Source: Candidatus Omnitrophota bacterium | GTDB lineage: Bacteria; Omnitrophota; Gorgyraeia; Gygaellales; Profunditerraquicolaceae | Assembly: GCA_018825985.1 (NCBI GenBank) | Contig: JAHKAP010000071.1 | Span: 7,556-71,555 of the forward strand | Length of the DNA: 64,000 nt | Direction: 5' to 3' | Part shown: positions 29,283-38,869 of the stretch, piece after piece | Layout: every line of letters begins with the position of its first letter | Numbering within the stretch: position 1 is the first letter of the stretch | Program-made: the position numbers and the translations under genes | The notes under the pieces: generated by a model | What the model was told of the DNA's origin: nothing | What the model saw: the letters and a program-made list of their open reading frames with translations, nothing else | Databases searched by the model: none

Positions 29283-30615
29283 GTTCTGGCAGAACTACCA
29301 CTATCGCCATCAAAAACCAAAAAGGCTCCATAACCCGGATAAGGATAAAGGTAGCGGCGCTTAACGAATGCACCAGGATGCCGCAAAATCCGGCTAATAA
29401 TCCTATACTAACACCCTGGGCAAAGTTATTACCTGCAGTTTGCCAAAAGATCCGCAAAATCACTACAAATATAGTTATTAAAAACCATATAAATACGGCA
29501 AACCCGACTAATCCGGTTTCAATCAATACCCGGCTATACTGGTTATCAACAACTCCCATAGTTGGCACTCCATAACCAACCACGGGCTTTCTCTGCATTA
29601 AATTCCAAGCTATCCCCACCATATCCAGCCTGGCCGCAGCTGATTCGGATATGCCGATACGTCTTCCCAGAACCTCATAAGTCTTTTCCGCGGCAAAAGT
29701 ATCTCTCACCCGTTTATGCACCCTTTCCGGCATCATAGCCGGTAAAAATATACCTACCACTATTATAAGAAGTATGAGCCAAAGCCTGTAGCGTTTATTA
29801 AAAATTATCATAGCTACTACCATTGGAAAAAAAGAGAGCCAACCGCCACGGGACATGGTCATCATAAAAGGAATCAAGGTAATAGAAAAAAGTCCCATCA
29901 AGGCCAGCCTTTTTTTTGAGTTTTCAGCGTATAAAATACATCCCAGGATCACCCCCATCAATAGGATCAGGTAAGCCGCAAAAGTATTCGGTTCTCCTCC
30001 TTCTGACTCAAAAGGGGCGGTTACGCGCGCGCCCGTTGGTATTTGCCACAAGGAGATAACGCTGACCAAAAAACACGTTATCAGCATAAATAAAATATAC
30101 CGCCTTGCCTGTTTCATGGTTCTGATAGAATTCAGAACCATAAAAAACAAAAGATAATACTCGATATACTTAAGCATAAAGAAAAAGAAATCTTTGAATT
30201 TTATATAGCCTTCGATCATCCCTAATGCAGAAGAAACCAGGCAGATAACGACATATAAACCCATCGGCAGGTTTAAAGCCGTCTTTTGAATAAGCCCCAG
30301 CTCCTTATTCACCGCCATCTTGGCAAACCATCCTAACAGAATAAAAGAAAGAAAAATGTCATCGGCCCTTATCAAAACGTTCCGAGTACTTGTCCCGCCT
30401 GCCGAGATCTCCGGAGATAATAACATTGAAAAGATCAATATAATTAACCCCAGATCGGTATTGATAAATGAAATGATGCAGATTATACAGGCGATCATTA
30501 TGATCACAGAGTAATTTACCGGGATGCCTGCAAAAAAGGTGAGAATCAATATTGCGGATATGATTATGAGGAAAAAAACCGAGCTTATTATACCCTGGCC
30601 TTTTTGATTAAGCAT
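29236..30615 (-). CDS. O-antigen ligase/polymerase family protein (Wzy_C domain)
   Basis: Polytopic membrane protein. The MSRGGWLSFF motif in a large loop is typical of the Wzy_C / O-antigen ligase domain. Confidence 0.55.
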   Translation of the reverse strand: MLNQKGQGIISSVFFLIIISAILILTFFAGIPVNYSVIIMIACIICIISFINTDLGLIILIFSMLLSPEISAGGTSTRNVLIRADDIFLSFILLGWFAKMAVNKELGLIQKTALNLPMGLYVVICLVSSALGMIEGYIKFKDFFFFMLKYIEYYLLFFMVLNSIRTMKQARRYILFMLITCFLVSVISLWQIPTGARVTAPFESEGGEPNTFAAYLILLMGVILGCILYAENSKKRLALMGLFSITLIPFMMTMSRGGWLSFFPMVVAMIIFNKRYRLWLILLIIVVGIFLPAMMPERVHKRVRDTFAAEKTYEVLGRRIGISESAAARLDMVGIAWNLMQRKPVVGYGVPTMGVVDNQYSRVLIETGLVGFAVFIWFLITIFVVILRIFWQTAGNNFAQGVSIGLLAGFCGILVHSLSAATFILIRVMEPFWFLMAIVVVLPELVIQENVKYDSIDVT

Positions 30616-30703
30616 ATTTTAAATAAAATAGGGCTTCACAAAAATCGTTTCGCCCTTGATTACGGAGATTAATAATAGATTCCAGAGATTAATGCTTGAT
30701 GAC

Positions 30704-30736
30704 AAATCACTGTAATCTTTTTAAAATCGCTGTAAT
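30704..30736. repeat. GATTACAG(C/T)GATT direct-repeat element (2 copies, opposite orientation to the 8438 copy)
   Basis: aatcactgtaatc-tttttaaa-aatcgctgtaatc. It is followed by the hairpin cagccctcgag..gaagggctg (30740-30769). Confidence 0.8.
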
Positions 30737-30768
30737 CAACAGCCCTCGAGTGAATTTCGTGAAGGGCT

Positions 30769-30805
30769 GTAAATAAAACAAAAGGGGGTCGTTTCATACC
30801 CCCTT
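30769..30805 (-). terminator. Rho-independent terminator downstream of wzc
   Basis: The stem aaggggg/ccccctt (30782-30788/30799-30805) is followed on the minus strand by TTGTTTTATTT. It lies 27 nt after the wzc stop codon. Confidence 0.5.
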
Positions 30806-30831
30806 AGTTCAAATCAATAATATTCCTATTT

Positions 30832-32775
30832 TTAAACTGTCTCTTTTTTCTTTCCCGGGATTTTTGATTTTCCATCCTGGCTTTCATCTCTGCCATAATA
30901 CCTGTACCTGTAATGATAATACGGATACGCGGAAATAGATTCGGTTTGAGGCCGGGTATGATTTAAGATAACTCCGGCGATTTTCCCCCCTGCTGACTCC
31001 ATCTGGACCTTGGCCCTCATTAACGCCTCCCTGCTGGTCCTGCCTATTTCATATACCAGGACAACACAATCCATATTCGGGGCTAAGATGCTGGCGTCGG
31101 TAACCGGCAAAACCGGCGGTGAGTCAAAAATAATAACGTCAAATCGTGCACTAACCTTTTCGATCATGTCTTTCATTCTTTTAGATTCCAATATCTCTAC
31201 CGGGTTAGCCGGATGCTTACCCGAAGGCATTATCCAGATATTTTCAATACCCGGGGTCTTCCTCACTTCCTCAAATTTCATCTCTCCCAGCATAATATCG
31301 GTAATATTCATCAATATGGAATCTAAATCCACAGTGCCCATAAAAAATTCGTTTAACCCGGGTTCTTTTTTAATTCCGAATGTCCTGGACAATGCCGGCC
31401 TCCTTAAATCAGTAGAGACCAAAAGAGTTTTTAAACCTACCTGCCCCATTACTATACCTAAGTTACAGACTACGCAGCTTTTTCCCTCTTGCGGGCCGGA
31501 ACTGGTGACCATGATTGTTTTTCGGGAAGAACCAAGCTTTAGGTTAGTATTAATATTACGGTAAGACTCGGCTATCGGAGACTGAGGTTTATAATGAGAA
31601 ATCAGGCGGCAATATCTGGATTCTTCTTCGGTCTTATTTCTGGTCCAGAATCTATCTTTAAAATTAGCCAACAGGCTCTTTTTAATATTGGGATCGCGAT
31701 CTAAAGAAGGCACAACGCCTAAGACCGGCAACTTGATCACATTCTCTACGTCTTCTATGGTCCCGATCGAAGTATCCAGGGTTTCACTGATAAAAGCAAA
31801 AGCTATACCTAATATCACACCCAATATAGCGCCGATCAGGATCTTGACCCGGTTATCCTTTGGTATAGTCGCGACAGCGGTAACCGCCGGATCAACTATA
31901 GATACATCGCTTACTTTCTGGGCCTCAGTTATCCTTGCCTCCTCAAGCCTTTCTTTAAGCGTGCCATAGAGCTTCCTATTAACTTCTGCCTCCCGGCTGT
32001 ACCTAGCGTAATCAATATCCTGGCTGGAGAAACCTTGCATTTGCTTCTCTAGCTCTTTAATCTGCTCCTTAGTTTGTATCACTTTAGGGTGTTTAGCAGT
32101 ATAGCGCTGCTGCATCTCCGCCAATTGAAATTCCAAGTCCTGGAGCTTCTGCTGAGTTGGCTCAGATAACCTGACATTCCTGGCGCCCTTACCTAAGGTC
32201 TTAAGGCCATCCTCAGCATCTTTTATCCTCTTCTCTAAAGCTGCCAACTGTTCTGCAATAAATATTCTGGCCTGACTGGCTTGCTTGGATTTTTCTTTCA
32301 GATTCTCTTCAATATAAGATTCGGCGACTATATTAGCCAGGTTAACCGCTCCTTTAGCGGTTGAAGCGATAGCCGTAATCCTGATCATATTCGTGTCGCT
32401 GACCTTCTCAACTTCAATACTTTTTTGTAATTCAGTTATTGCTTCATTAATGTCCTCCATTGATGAATCAGGCCTGACTTTGCCCAGCCTAAGGACGACA
32501 TTTTTCATAACCGGAAAACCTTTAATCGTCCTGGCTTCCGACGCCATAATATTAGCGGGATTATACGCGATCCACTCAGTAAGTAAGCCGGCGATGGTCT
32601 TGCCCTGTTCTATTTTAATGGTTATACTGGAATGATATATCACGCTCTCTTTGGAAAACCCAATACTGAATATGCTGATAATAGTAACCAGTAAAAAAAT
32701 TGCCAGGATGGTATATTTTCTTTTGCGGAAGATGCGTAGATAATCTCTAAGATTTAACTCATATTGGGCCATCAA
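30832..32775 (-). CDS. Wzc/GumC-like polysaccharide co-polymerase with BY-kinase domain
   Basis: Wzz-like N-terminal TM and periplasmic domain, a coiled coil, Walker A SSGPQEGKS, Walker A-prime VLVSTDLRRP, and a C-terminal tyrosine cluster YPYYHYRYRYYG. Confidence 0.85.
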   Translation of the reverse strand: MMAQYELNLRDYLRIFRKRKYTILAIFLLVTIISIFSIGFSKESVIYHSSITIKIEQGKTIAGLLTEWIAYNPANIMASEARTIKGFPVMKNVVLRLGKVRPDSSMEDINEAITELQKSIEVEKVSDTNMIRITAIASTAKGAVNLANIVAESYIEENLKEKSKQASQARIFIAEQLAALEKRIKDAEDGLKTLGKGARNVRLSEPTQQKLQDLEFQLAEMQQRYTAKHPKVIQTKEQIKELEKQMQGFSSQDIDYARYSREAEVNRKLYGTLKERLEEARITEAQKVSDVSIVDPAVTAVATIPKDNRVKILIGAILGVILGIAFAFISETLDTSIGTIEDVENVIKLPVLGVVPSLDRDPNIKKSLLANFKDRFWTRNKTEEESRYCRLISHYKPQSPIAESYRNINTNLKLGSSRKTIMVTSSGPQEGKSCVVCNLGIVMGQVGLKTLLVSTDLRRPALSRTFGIKKEPGLNEFFMGTVDLDSILMNITDIMLGEMKFEEVRKTPGIENIWIMPSGKHPANPVEILESKRMKDMIEKVSARFDVIIFDSPPVLPVTDASILAPNMDCVVLVYEIGRTSREALMRAKVQMESAGGKIAGVILNHTRPQTESISAYPYYHYRYRYYGRDESQDGKSKIPGKKKETV

Positions 32776-32783
32776 TCACCTTT

Positions 32784-32845
32784 ATTAGGGACAGCGACTA
32801 TTTTTAAATTTAATATTATTTAAGAAAAATAGTCGCTGTCCCTAT
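32784..32845. repeat. REP element pair (inverted)
   Basis: ATTAGGGACAGCGACTATTTTT ... AAAAATAGTCGCTGTCCCTATT. It lies between wzc and the nucleotidyltransferase gene. Confidence 0.9.
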
Positions 32846-32867
32846 TATCACCTAACATACCATAAAA

Positions 32868-33944
32868 TCAACGAGTTAGCAATCTTTTTCTCAGTAGAAA
32901 TACCGCTTTTAGCGTTAATTTATAAACATCCTGGATCTTATTTTGGAGAAGTATATAGATAAGGCAGGGAAGGCCATAAAACTTTAATTTTTTTTGAATC
33001 AAGAATAGAATTGCCTTTCTTTGATAATCCGCATTGATCGTCTTCAGCCTAATTTGTTTAGGATCACGCGGTTTTAATGACCGGTAAGTATAATATAAAC
33101 AGTATGATAAAGTTCCTTCCAGGCCGAGTAATTTTGCCTCTTCTCTGGCGTCATTCCAGTCAATTCTATCTTGATAATTCCGGACGAATTCAAAGATATC
33201 TGTAAGGAGTATGAGCCTCTCAAAAGAGTGGCTGAAACTATGCAGGCACAGATGAAATAAATGATGCTGGCAGGATAGCGCCAGGGCGTTCGCTCCTGCT
33301 ATGTTAACGCTGGAAGCTTCGGACCAGATCTTTTCCGGGTTTACCCTACCGGCAATAAAACTCCTCATCCAGGTCGAAGTCAGAATATCCCAATGCAAAT
33401 CAATAGATATAGAAATACTTCTGAGGCGGTCGACTTTCGCGAACAAAACAGAATAAGATAATGGGTCATTAAAAGAAGTATTGATGCTATCAGCAGCGCT
33501 ATATCCTGAATCCAGCAGAACTTTGCCTATCCTGAAAAAGTCATCCTTTTTGATAAGAATATCCATATCCGACATCTGCCTTAAGGCGATATTTTTATAA
33601 ACAGCCTCGGCCAGAAAGATACCTTTCAAAAGGATAACCTTAATTTGACTTTGCTCAAAAATACTCAGCAGCCTTGCCAATTCCTCGTATATTAATGTAT
33701 TCCTGGCGCAGTTATTATAGTAAATTGATTCCAACTCCTTAAAAATCGCTGGCGGCAGATAGCCTTGAAAACCAAACCGGTTTAAATGATAATAAAGCAG
33801 ACAGGCAACGCCATGTTGTTTGGAGACCTTAAGCAGATAATCCCAATCAAGTCCTGACTTTAGTAATTCTTCGGCTTTAGTCAGCCTTGATTTATCGGGA
33901 TCGATAACAGAAAACAAAATAACTATCCGCTCTTCAATTCTCAT
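32868..33944 (-). CDS. Uncharacterised nucleotidyltransferase family protein (PF14907-like)
   Basis: ALRQMSDMDILIKKDDF carries a DxD nucleotidyltransferase motif. The overall length and pattern match the nucleotidyltransferases found beside HprK-like kinases in RiPP clusters. Confidence 0.55.
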   Translation of the reverse strand: MRIEERIVILFSVIDPDKSRLTKAEELLKSGLDWDYLLKVSKQHGVACLLYYHLNRFGFQGYLPPAIFKELESIYYNNCARNTLIYEELARLLSIFEQSQIKVILLKGIFLAEAVYKNIALRQMSDMDILIKKDDFFRIGKVLLDSGYSAADSINTSFNDPLSYSVLFAKVDRLRSISISIDLHWDILTSTWMRSFIAGRVNPEKIWSEASSVNIAGANALALSCQHHLFHLCLHSFSHSFERLILLTDIFEFVRNYQDRIDWNDAREEAKLLGLEGTLSYCLYYTYRSLKPRDPKQIRLKTINADYQRKAILFLIQKKLKFYGLPCLIYILLQNKIQDVYKLTLKAVFLLRKRLLTR

Positions 33945-33954
33945 ATTTTCTCAG

Positions 33955-34028
33955 GGACACCCTTGCAACTAAAGCTAAGGGTGTCCCCAATAGGGGACAC
34001 CCTGCCGATTAGCTGCGAGGGTGTCCCT
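33955..34028. repeat. Tandem GGGACACCC/GGGTGTCCC hairpins
   Basis: Hairpin 1 has stems at 33956-33964 and 33980-33988. Hairpin 2 has stems at 33994-34003 and 34020-34028. Together they fill the gap between the ABC exporter stop codon and the nucleotidyltransferase start codon. Confidence 0.8.
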
Positions 34029-34032
34029 GGGT

Positions 34033-35766
34033 TTACTGGGTGCCGAATAAATCGCGGAATCCGGGATCTTGTTTAATCAGGATTTGAGGTTTATCTATTA
34101 TAATAGCTCCGGGCCCGGATAAATAATAAACCGCATCCATACCCATAACAGTGGATAATCTATGGGAGACTACGATCAAAGTCATATCGGGCTGGGCCTG
34201 TTTAAGGTTGGATATTATCCTCTCCTCACTTAATGAATCCATTGCCGCAAAAGCTTCATCCAGGATCATGATCTTCGGTTTTTTTATCGCTGCCCGGGCC
34301 ATCGCGATCTTTTGCTTCTGGCCCTCGGAAATCCTGCAGGCATTCTCGCCGATAACTGTGTCAAAACCCGCGGTTAAATTGCTTGCTAAATCATCCACGC
34401 CACAGAGCCTGGCAGCCTCGGTCATTTCTTCTGTGCCCGCCTGATCCAAGCCATATTTGATATTATTGGCTATACTATCATTCCAAAGAAATGGTTCTTG
34501 CAAAGCAAAACCAACCTGGCTTTTTAACGTGCCAGGGTCTATTTCTCTGATATTATGGCCATCAATAAATATATCCCCTTCCCAGAGATCATACAACCCC
34601 AGGATCAAACTTAGAATTGTGGTTTTACCGCAGCCTGATCTACCGGCAATGGCTATCCGGCTGGCACCCGGCAGAGTAAAACTTAAATTTTTTAATATAC
34701 TCCTACCCGGACAATAGCCGAAACTGACATTTCTAAATATAATCTCTCCTTTTTTGAATATTGGCTTTGAGGTATTACTCCGGGCTGATGTATCCTGGTC
34801 GTCATTCAAAATTTTATCTATTCTTTCACAGGATATTAACCCGGTTAAAGCAGACTGGAAAAAACGGGCTAATTCATTTTCCAGGCCCACTAACTGGCCA
34901 AAATATACCATTATAGCGGTTAAACTGCCCAAAGACATCCTCCCCTTTATAACCTGATAACCGCCGTAAAACGTGATTATCCCGACCGCAGCCTTGCTTA
35001 ACATTTCGACCAAAAAACCAGATACAGTTTCCAATTTAAGGCTTTTAAGGCTGATCCCTGCGTAACTGATCAGCTTCTCCAGGTATGATCTTATGCTGGC
35101 TGTTTCTCTGCCGAATACCTTAATCAGTTGTATATGTGAGAAGGTTTCTTCTAAATACCGGTATATATTCTCAGAACTCCTGATTAGATCTTCAATGATT
35201 AAACGCATCTTCCTACCGAAATAACGGCTGGGTAAGAATAAAAAAGGAGAAATTAAAAACGAAATAAGAGTCATCTTCCAATTAAGATGAATAACAATTA
35301 CCAAGATGAGCAATAACCTGAATAAAACAAAAAAGATGGCCGGCACCCTGATAGTGATAAATTCCGCGATATTATCTATATCATAATTAAGTTTATAGAT
35401 ATGCTCAGCGCTTGTCTTATCTTTAAACCAGCCTAGGGAAAAACTCTGCAGGCGGATAAATACCGATTTATTCAGCTCATAATTGGCTTTAATTCTTATA
35501 TTGCGGTAGAAATAATCCTTGATTCTATTTGCTAAATCCGCGGCTAAATAGATCACACACCCTAACAGCGTAAGTATAGCGAAAGACTTAAAATCTTTTT
35601 TAACCAGGCCGACGTCAATAATAAACTTAGCCAGATAGGGGTTGATCAGGCTTAAAATTATACCGATATTGCTTAAAACAACCAGCCAAAACCAGAGCTT
35701 CTTATAGGGCGAGATATATTTAAAAAATTTTAATAATAATCTTAGGTTGGTGAATTTAAATTTCAT
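34033..35766 (-). CDS. ABC exporter, fused permease and ATPase, with no peptidase domain
   Basis: Six TM helices at the N-terminus. Walker A GRSGCGKTT, signature SEGQKQK, Walker B IMILDEA. Confidence 0.85.
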   Translation of the reverse strand: MKFKFTNLRLLLKFFKYISPYKKLWFWLVVLSNIGIILSLINPYLAKFIIDVGLVKKDFKSFAILTLLGCVIYLAADLANRIKDYFYRNIRIKANYELNKSVFIRLQSFSLGWFKDKTSAEHIYKLNYDIDNIAEFITIRVPAIFFVLFRLLLILVIVIHLNWKMTLISFLISPFLFLPSRYFGRKMRLIIEDLIRSSENIYRYLEETFSHIQLIKVFGRETASIRSYLEKLISYAGISLKSLKLETVSGFLVEMLSKAAVGIITFYGGYQVIKGRMSLGSLTAIMVYFGQLVGLENELARFFQSALTGLISCERIDKILNDDQDTSARSNTSKPIFKKGEIIFRNVSFGYCPGRSILKNLSFTLPGASRIAIAGRSGCGKTTILSLILGLYDLWEGDIFIDGHNIREIDPGTLKSQVGFALQEPFLWNDSIANNIKYGLDQAGTEEMTEAARLCGVDDLASNLTAGFDTVIGENACRISEGQKQKIAMARAAIKKPKIMILDEAFAAMDSLSEERIISNLKQAQPDMTLIVVSHRLSTVMGMDAVYYLSGPGAIIIDKPQILIKQDPGFRDLFGTQ

Positions 35767-36751
35767 GTTTTTTAAATAACCGTGTTAATCGACAGTAATA
35801 ATCCAGCGGTTTTTCCTTGCCGCCGGTTTCTAAATAGGCCTTTCCGGGGCACCAGCCGCATAAGGGCCTGAGGTTACAATCCCGGCATTTAGAATCAGTT
35901 TTAAACTCTTCCTTGGCCATATAAGATGATAACCTATTCAAACCTGACTTAATATCCGCCCTTAAAAGGTTTACTTTAGGCTTTCTTAATAAATCACACA
36001 AAAACATATTTCCGTAGGGATCAACGTAAATCCCGTCTGCGCTTGAGATCACGCAGGGATAGAAGCGGGATTCAATGTTTCGGGATGAAGAACCTTCGCA
36101 GCCATCATTACTTTGTTTTTTAAAATGGTATAACCCCAATACCTGTTCAGGGGTAATCCTTAGTTTGCAAGGCGCGATATCCCCATTTAAATTTGGATAT
36201 AAAATATGATTGGGGGTAAAATTTGAGCCTATCCCCTTGAGGTATTTTTTTATTTGCGGCAGGTGCTTAAAATTATCCTTAGTCACCTGGGTTTTGATTT
36301 TAAATTGCAGACATGAATCTAAAATTAACCCTATTCCGCGCATTGTTTTCGCAAACGAACCCTGTATTCGGGAGATTTTCTCGTATAGATCCTTGTCAAC
36401 CGCATTTAAGGTTATCTCAATTACAAATGGGGGATTTTTTTTTAGATATTTGATTATCCTACGATTCAAAGAATAACCATTGGTAAAAATAGTGGTGATA
36501 AAACCTTTTTTCCTGGCATAAGCGTAGATCTCCAGAAAATCATCCCTGACAATGGGGTCTCCGCCAGATAAACAGAGCCAGATAACCCCAGCGCAGGCAA
36601 GCCTGTCTAAAACAAATTTTACTTCTTTAGTAGTTAATTCCTTTTTAGAATAGGCTTTTTTGTTAAAACAATCGGTATAACAATGCCGGCAATGAAGGAC
36701 GCATCTAAAGGTTAATTCGAACCGGCAGGCGCTCGGCCGGTTAAGGCTCAT
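35756..36751 (-). CDS. Radical SAM / SPASM-domain peptide-modifying enzyme (paralogue 1)
   Basis: CVLHCRHC is the CxxxCxxC cluster. The C-terminal CRDCNLRPLCGWCPGKAYLETG is a SPASM motif. About 35% identical to 37735-38793. Confidence 0.8.
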   Translation of the reverse strand: MSLNRPSACRFELTFRCVLHCRHCYTDCFNKKAYSKKELTTKEVKFVLDRLACAGVIWLCLSGGDPIVRDDFLEIYAYARKKGFITTIFTNGYSLNRRIIKYLKKNPPFVIEITLNAVDKDLYEKISRIQGSFAKTMRGIGLILDSCLQFKIKTQVTKDNFKHLPQIKKYLKGIGSNFTPNHILYPNLNGDIAPCKLRITPEQVLGLYHFKKQSNDGCEGSSSRNIESRFYPCVISSADGIYVDPYGNMFLCDLLRKPKVNLLRADIKSGLNRLSSYMAKEEFKTDSKCRDCNLRPLCGWCPGKAYLETGGKEKPLDYYCRLTRLFKKHEI

Positions 36752-36798
36752 ATTTTTTAGATGGGTTTTTAAACTAAAATCTTTATACCGGGTTTCTT

Positions 36799-37731
36799 TC
36801 AGATCGACCTCACGAATGGAATAATGCTTTTACTCTTGATTAAACCTAAACTCAAACACGGCATATTCTTGACTAAATCCAAGCCTAAAAAAATAATATT
36901 TTCGGTTAATTTTCTATCCCAGAAATTCGGAAAAATATTCGGATAGAGGAGTTTGAATGCCTCAGCGGATGATATGGCTTTAACCGTATTATTCGTATAC
37001 TGGTAAATAAAAAAAAGCTTGTCTAACTCGGCCCGGCCAATATAAGAATTCTGAAAACCCCGGAATTCGCCGCACCAGGGAGAGCCGTAAATAAAAAACC
37101 TCCCCTTTACCTTGCGGACAATGACGTGGTCATCATTTAATACTTCGGCCCGGCTGTGCTCATGCCAAGTCCTGGCTAAAGTCGTCTTTCCCGCGCCTGA
37201 TCTGCCCATAAATACCAGGCCCTTGCCATTGCTATCCCTTATCCCTGCTCCGTGCAAGAAAATCCCTGATTTCCTTTGCGCGAAATAATTTATAAAAAGC
37301 ACCTGCAGAAAATCATAGGTCAGGTCAGCCACATTCCAAACCAGGCCTTTATCTTTTTTAGGGAGCACATAAACCCGGGCCCGGTCAAAAGCCTTATTAA
37401 AATAGGTTACCTGCTCTTTATCCTTTGCCACAGTCTTATAGATATAAAACCCATTTTTTTTAAGGACCTGCCAATTCTCAGTCCGATCCTGGGGATGGAT
37501 GACTTTAAATACATCAATCGCACCTGAAAGCTTTGGCAGGAAATTCTCAACCTCTACATCTATTTTTATATCGGATTTAACATTTTCCCTACTGACAAAA
37601 TTACTAAAGAATTGTTTAAACCAAGGGTTCTCTTCGCCCTTATGAAAAGCCTCATGGTAAAAAGCGCTTTTTATCTCAACTGTTACGCCGGCGATTTTAA
37701 GCCGGACCTTATTTGATTTTTTATCGAACAT
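36799..37731 (-). CDS. HprK-related P-loop kinase (HPr kinase C-terminal domain-like)
   Basis: LHGAGIRDSNGKGLVFMGRSGAGKTTLA...VLNDDHVIV aligns to the HPr kinase C-terminal domain ([25 protein letters not shown]...LVADD). Confidence 0.65.
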   Translation of the reverse strand: MFDKKSNKVRLKIAGVTVEIKSAFYHEAFHKGEENPWFKQFFSNFVSRENVKSDIKIDVEVENFLPKLSGAIDVFKVIHPQDRTENWQVLKKNGFYIYKTVAKDKEQVTYFNKAFDRARVYVLPKKDKGLVWNVADLTYDFLQVLFINYFAQRKSGIFLHGAGIRDSNGKGLVFMGRSGAGKTTLARTWHEHSRAEVLNDDHVIVRKVKGRFFIYGSPWCGEFRGFQNSYIGRAELDKLFFIYQYTNNTVKAISSAEAFKLLYPNIFPNFWDRKLTENIIFLGLDLVKNMPCLSLGLIKSKSIIPFVRSI

Positions 37732-37734
37732 CTT

Positions 37735-38793
37735 TTAATTTAAAACACCTGATTTTGCCAATTCGCAAAAGAACCTGACTGGTTTTTCCCGCTCTCCGGC
37801 CTCTAAATAAGCCCGGGCCGGGCACCAACGGCAAACCGGCCTTAACGCGCAATCCTGGCATTTGGAATCAGAATTAAACTCCTGGCTTAAGACCCTGGGA
37901 TTGATAGTTGAAAAACTTTTTTTTAAAGAAGCATCTCTTAAATTTACGCTGTATTCCTGGAAAAATACACAATACCTAAGCCTGCCGAATGGATCAATAA
38001 ATACTTTATTCTTACCGGCGTCGCATTGAAAGAGGTATTTCCTCTGCCTCGGTAATTCCGGGGCATCTTTAAACCTGCCATCTTGGCATTCGCTTGAGAT
38101 ATCCTGGTCCTGTTTAAAAACCGCAAAAATTTCTTTAGGGGAGAGCCGGTATTTACAAGGCGTTTTATCACCGTTAAGCCGGGGATATATCAATGGGTCA
38201 CATTTAAAATAATGCTTATTACCCGGTTTACCTAATACCTTTTCTGCCCATTGCTTAATCCCGGCTATCTCGTTTTTATTGCGCTTAAGCAAGTTAGATT
38301 TAATGATCACCGGAAGTTTTCTTTGGATCAAAAAGGCGATATTCATCATGGCCAAAGAAAAAGAACCATTTACCCGGGTTATCTTTTCATAGTTTTCTTT
38401 GTTAATACTGTTTACGGTTATTTCTATCGCGTACGGCGGGGATTTAGTTAGATAATCGATGGTCTTTTTATTAAAACCCAAGGCATTGGTAAATAAAGTG
38501 ACCAGAAATCCTTTTTCCCGGGCATAAACGTAAATATCTAAAAAATCCTCTCTTATTAAAGGCTCTCCTCCGGTTAAAGTCAACCAGATACAGCCTTCCC
38601 TGCGCAGGCTGCTGATCAGCCTCTTGATCTGCGTGGTATTGAGCTCATTTCCCTTATTTTCCGACCCCTTGCAAAAACAATGCGGGCATTTCAGATTACA
38701 CCGGTAGGTCAACTCAAGATGGGCGCTAAGAGGAAAGGATATTTTTTTAGTATTGAGTTTTTGATAAAAAAAATCGAGGTTGCGGCTCTTCAT
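37735..38793 (-). CDS. Radical SAM / SPASM-domain peptide-modifying enzyme (paralogue 2)
   Basis: CNLKCPHC is the cluster. The C-terminal CQDCALRPVCRWCPARAYLEAG is a SPASM motif. Confidence 0.8.
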   Translation of the reverse strand: MKSRNLDFFYQKLNTKKISFPLSAHLELTYRCNLKCPHCFCKGSENKGNELNTTQIKRLISSLRREGCIWLTLTGGEPLIREDFLDIYVYAREKGFLVTLFTNALGFNKKTIDYLTKSPPYAIEITVNSINKENYEKITRVNGSFSLAMMNIAFLIQRKLPVIIKSNLLKRNKNEIAGIKQWAEKVLGKPGNKHYFKCDPLIYPRLNGDKTPCKYRLSPKEIFAVFKQDQDISSECQDGRFKDAPELPRQRKYLFQCDAGKNKVFIDPFGRLRYCVFFQEYSVNLRDASLKKSFSTINPRVLSQEFNSDSKCQDCALRPVCRWCPARAYLEAGEREKPVRFFCELAKSGVLN

Positions 38794-38806
38794 TCTCAGA
38801 AATAGA

Positions 38807-38866
38807 ATTAGGGACAGCGACTATTTTTTTAACTGTAAAATTAAAAAATAGTCGCTGTCCCTAATT
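38807..38866. repeat. REP element pair (inverted)
   Basis: ATTAGGGACAGCGACTATTTTTTT ... AAAAAATAGTCGCTGTCCCTAATT. It lies between the radical-SAM gene and the precursor ORF. Confidence 0.9.
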
Positions 38867-38869
38867 AAT

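Noticed and set aside
31010-31564. Plus-strand ORFs of 60-190 aa in the six-frame track (e.g. 31010-31564, 60377-60961, 42499-43044, 52689-53134, 27301-27666)
   Set aside because: All lie antisense within strongly supported minus-strand genes (wzc, mfd, the coiled-coil gene, the secretin, a methyltransferase). They have low-complexity or proline/serine-rich translations with no recognisable motifs. They are typical shadow ORFs.
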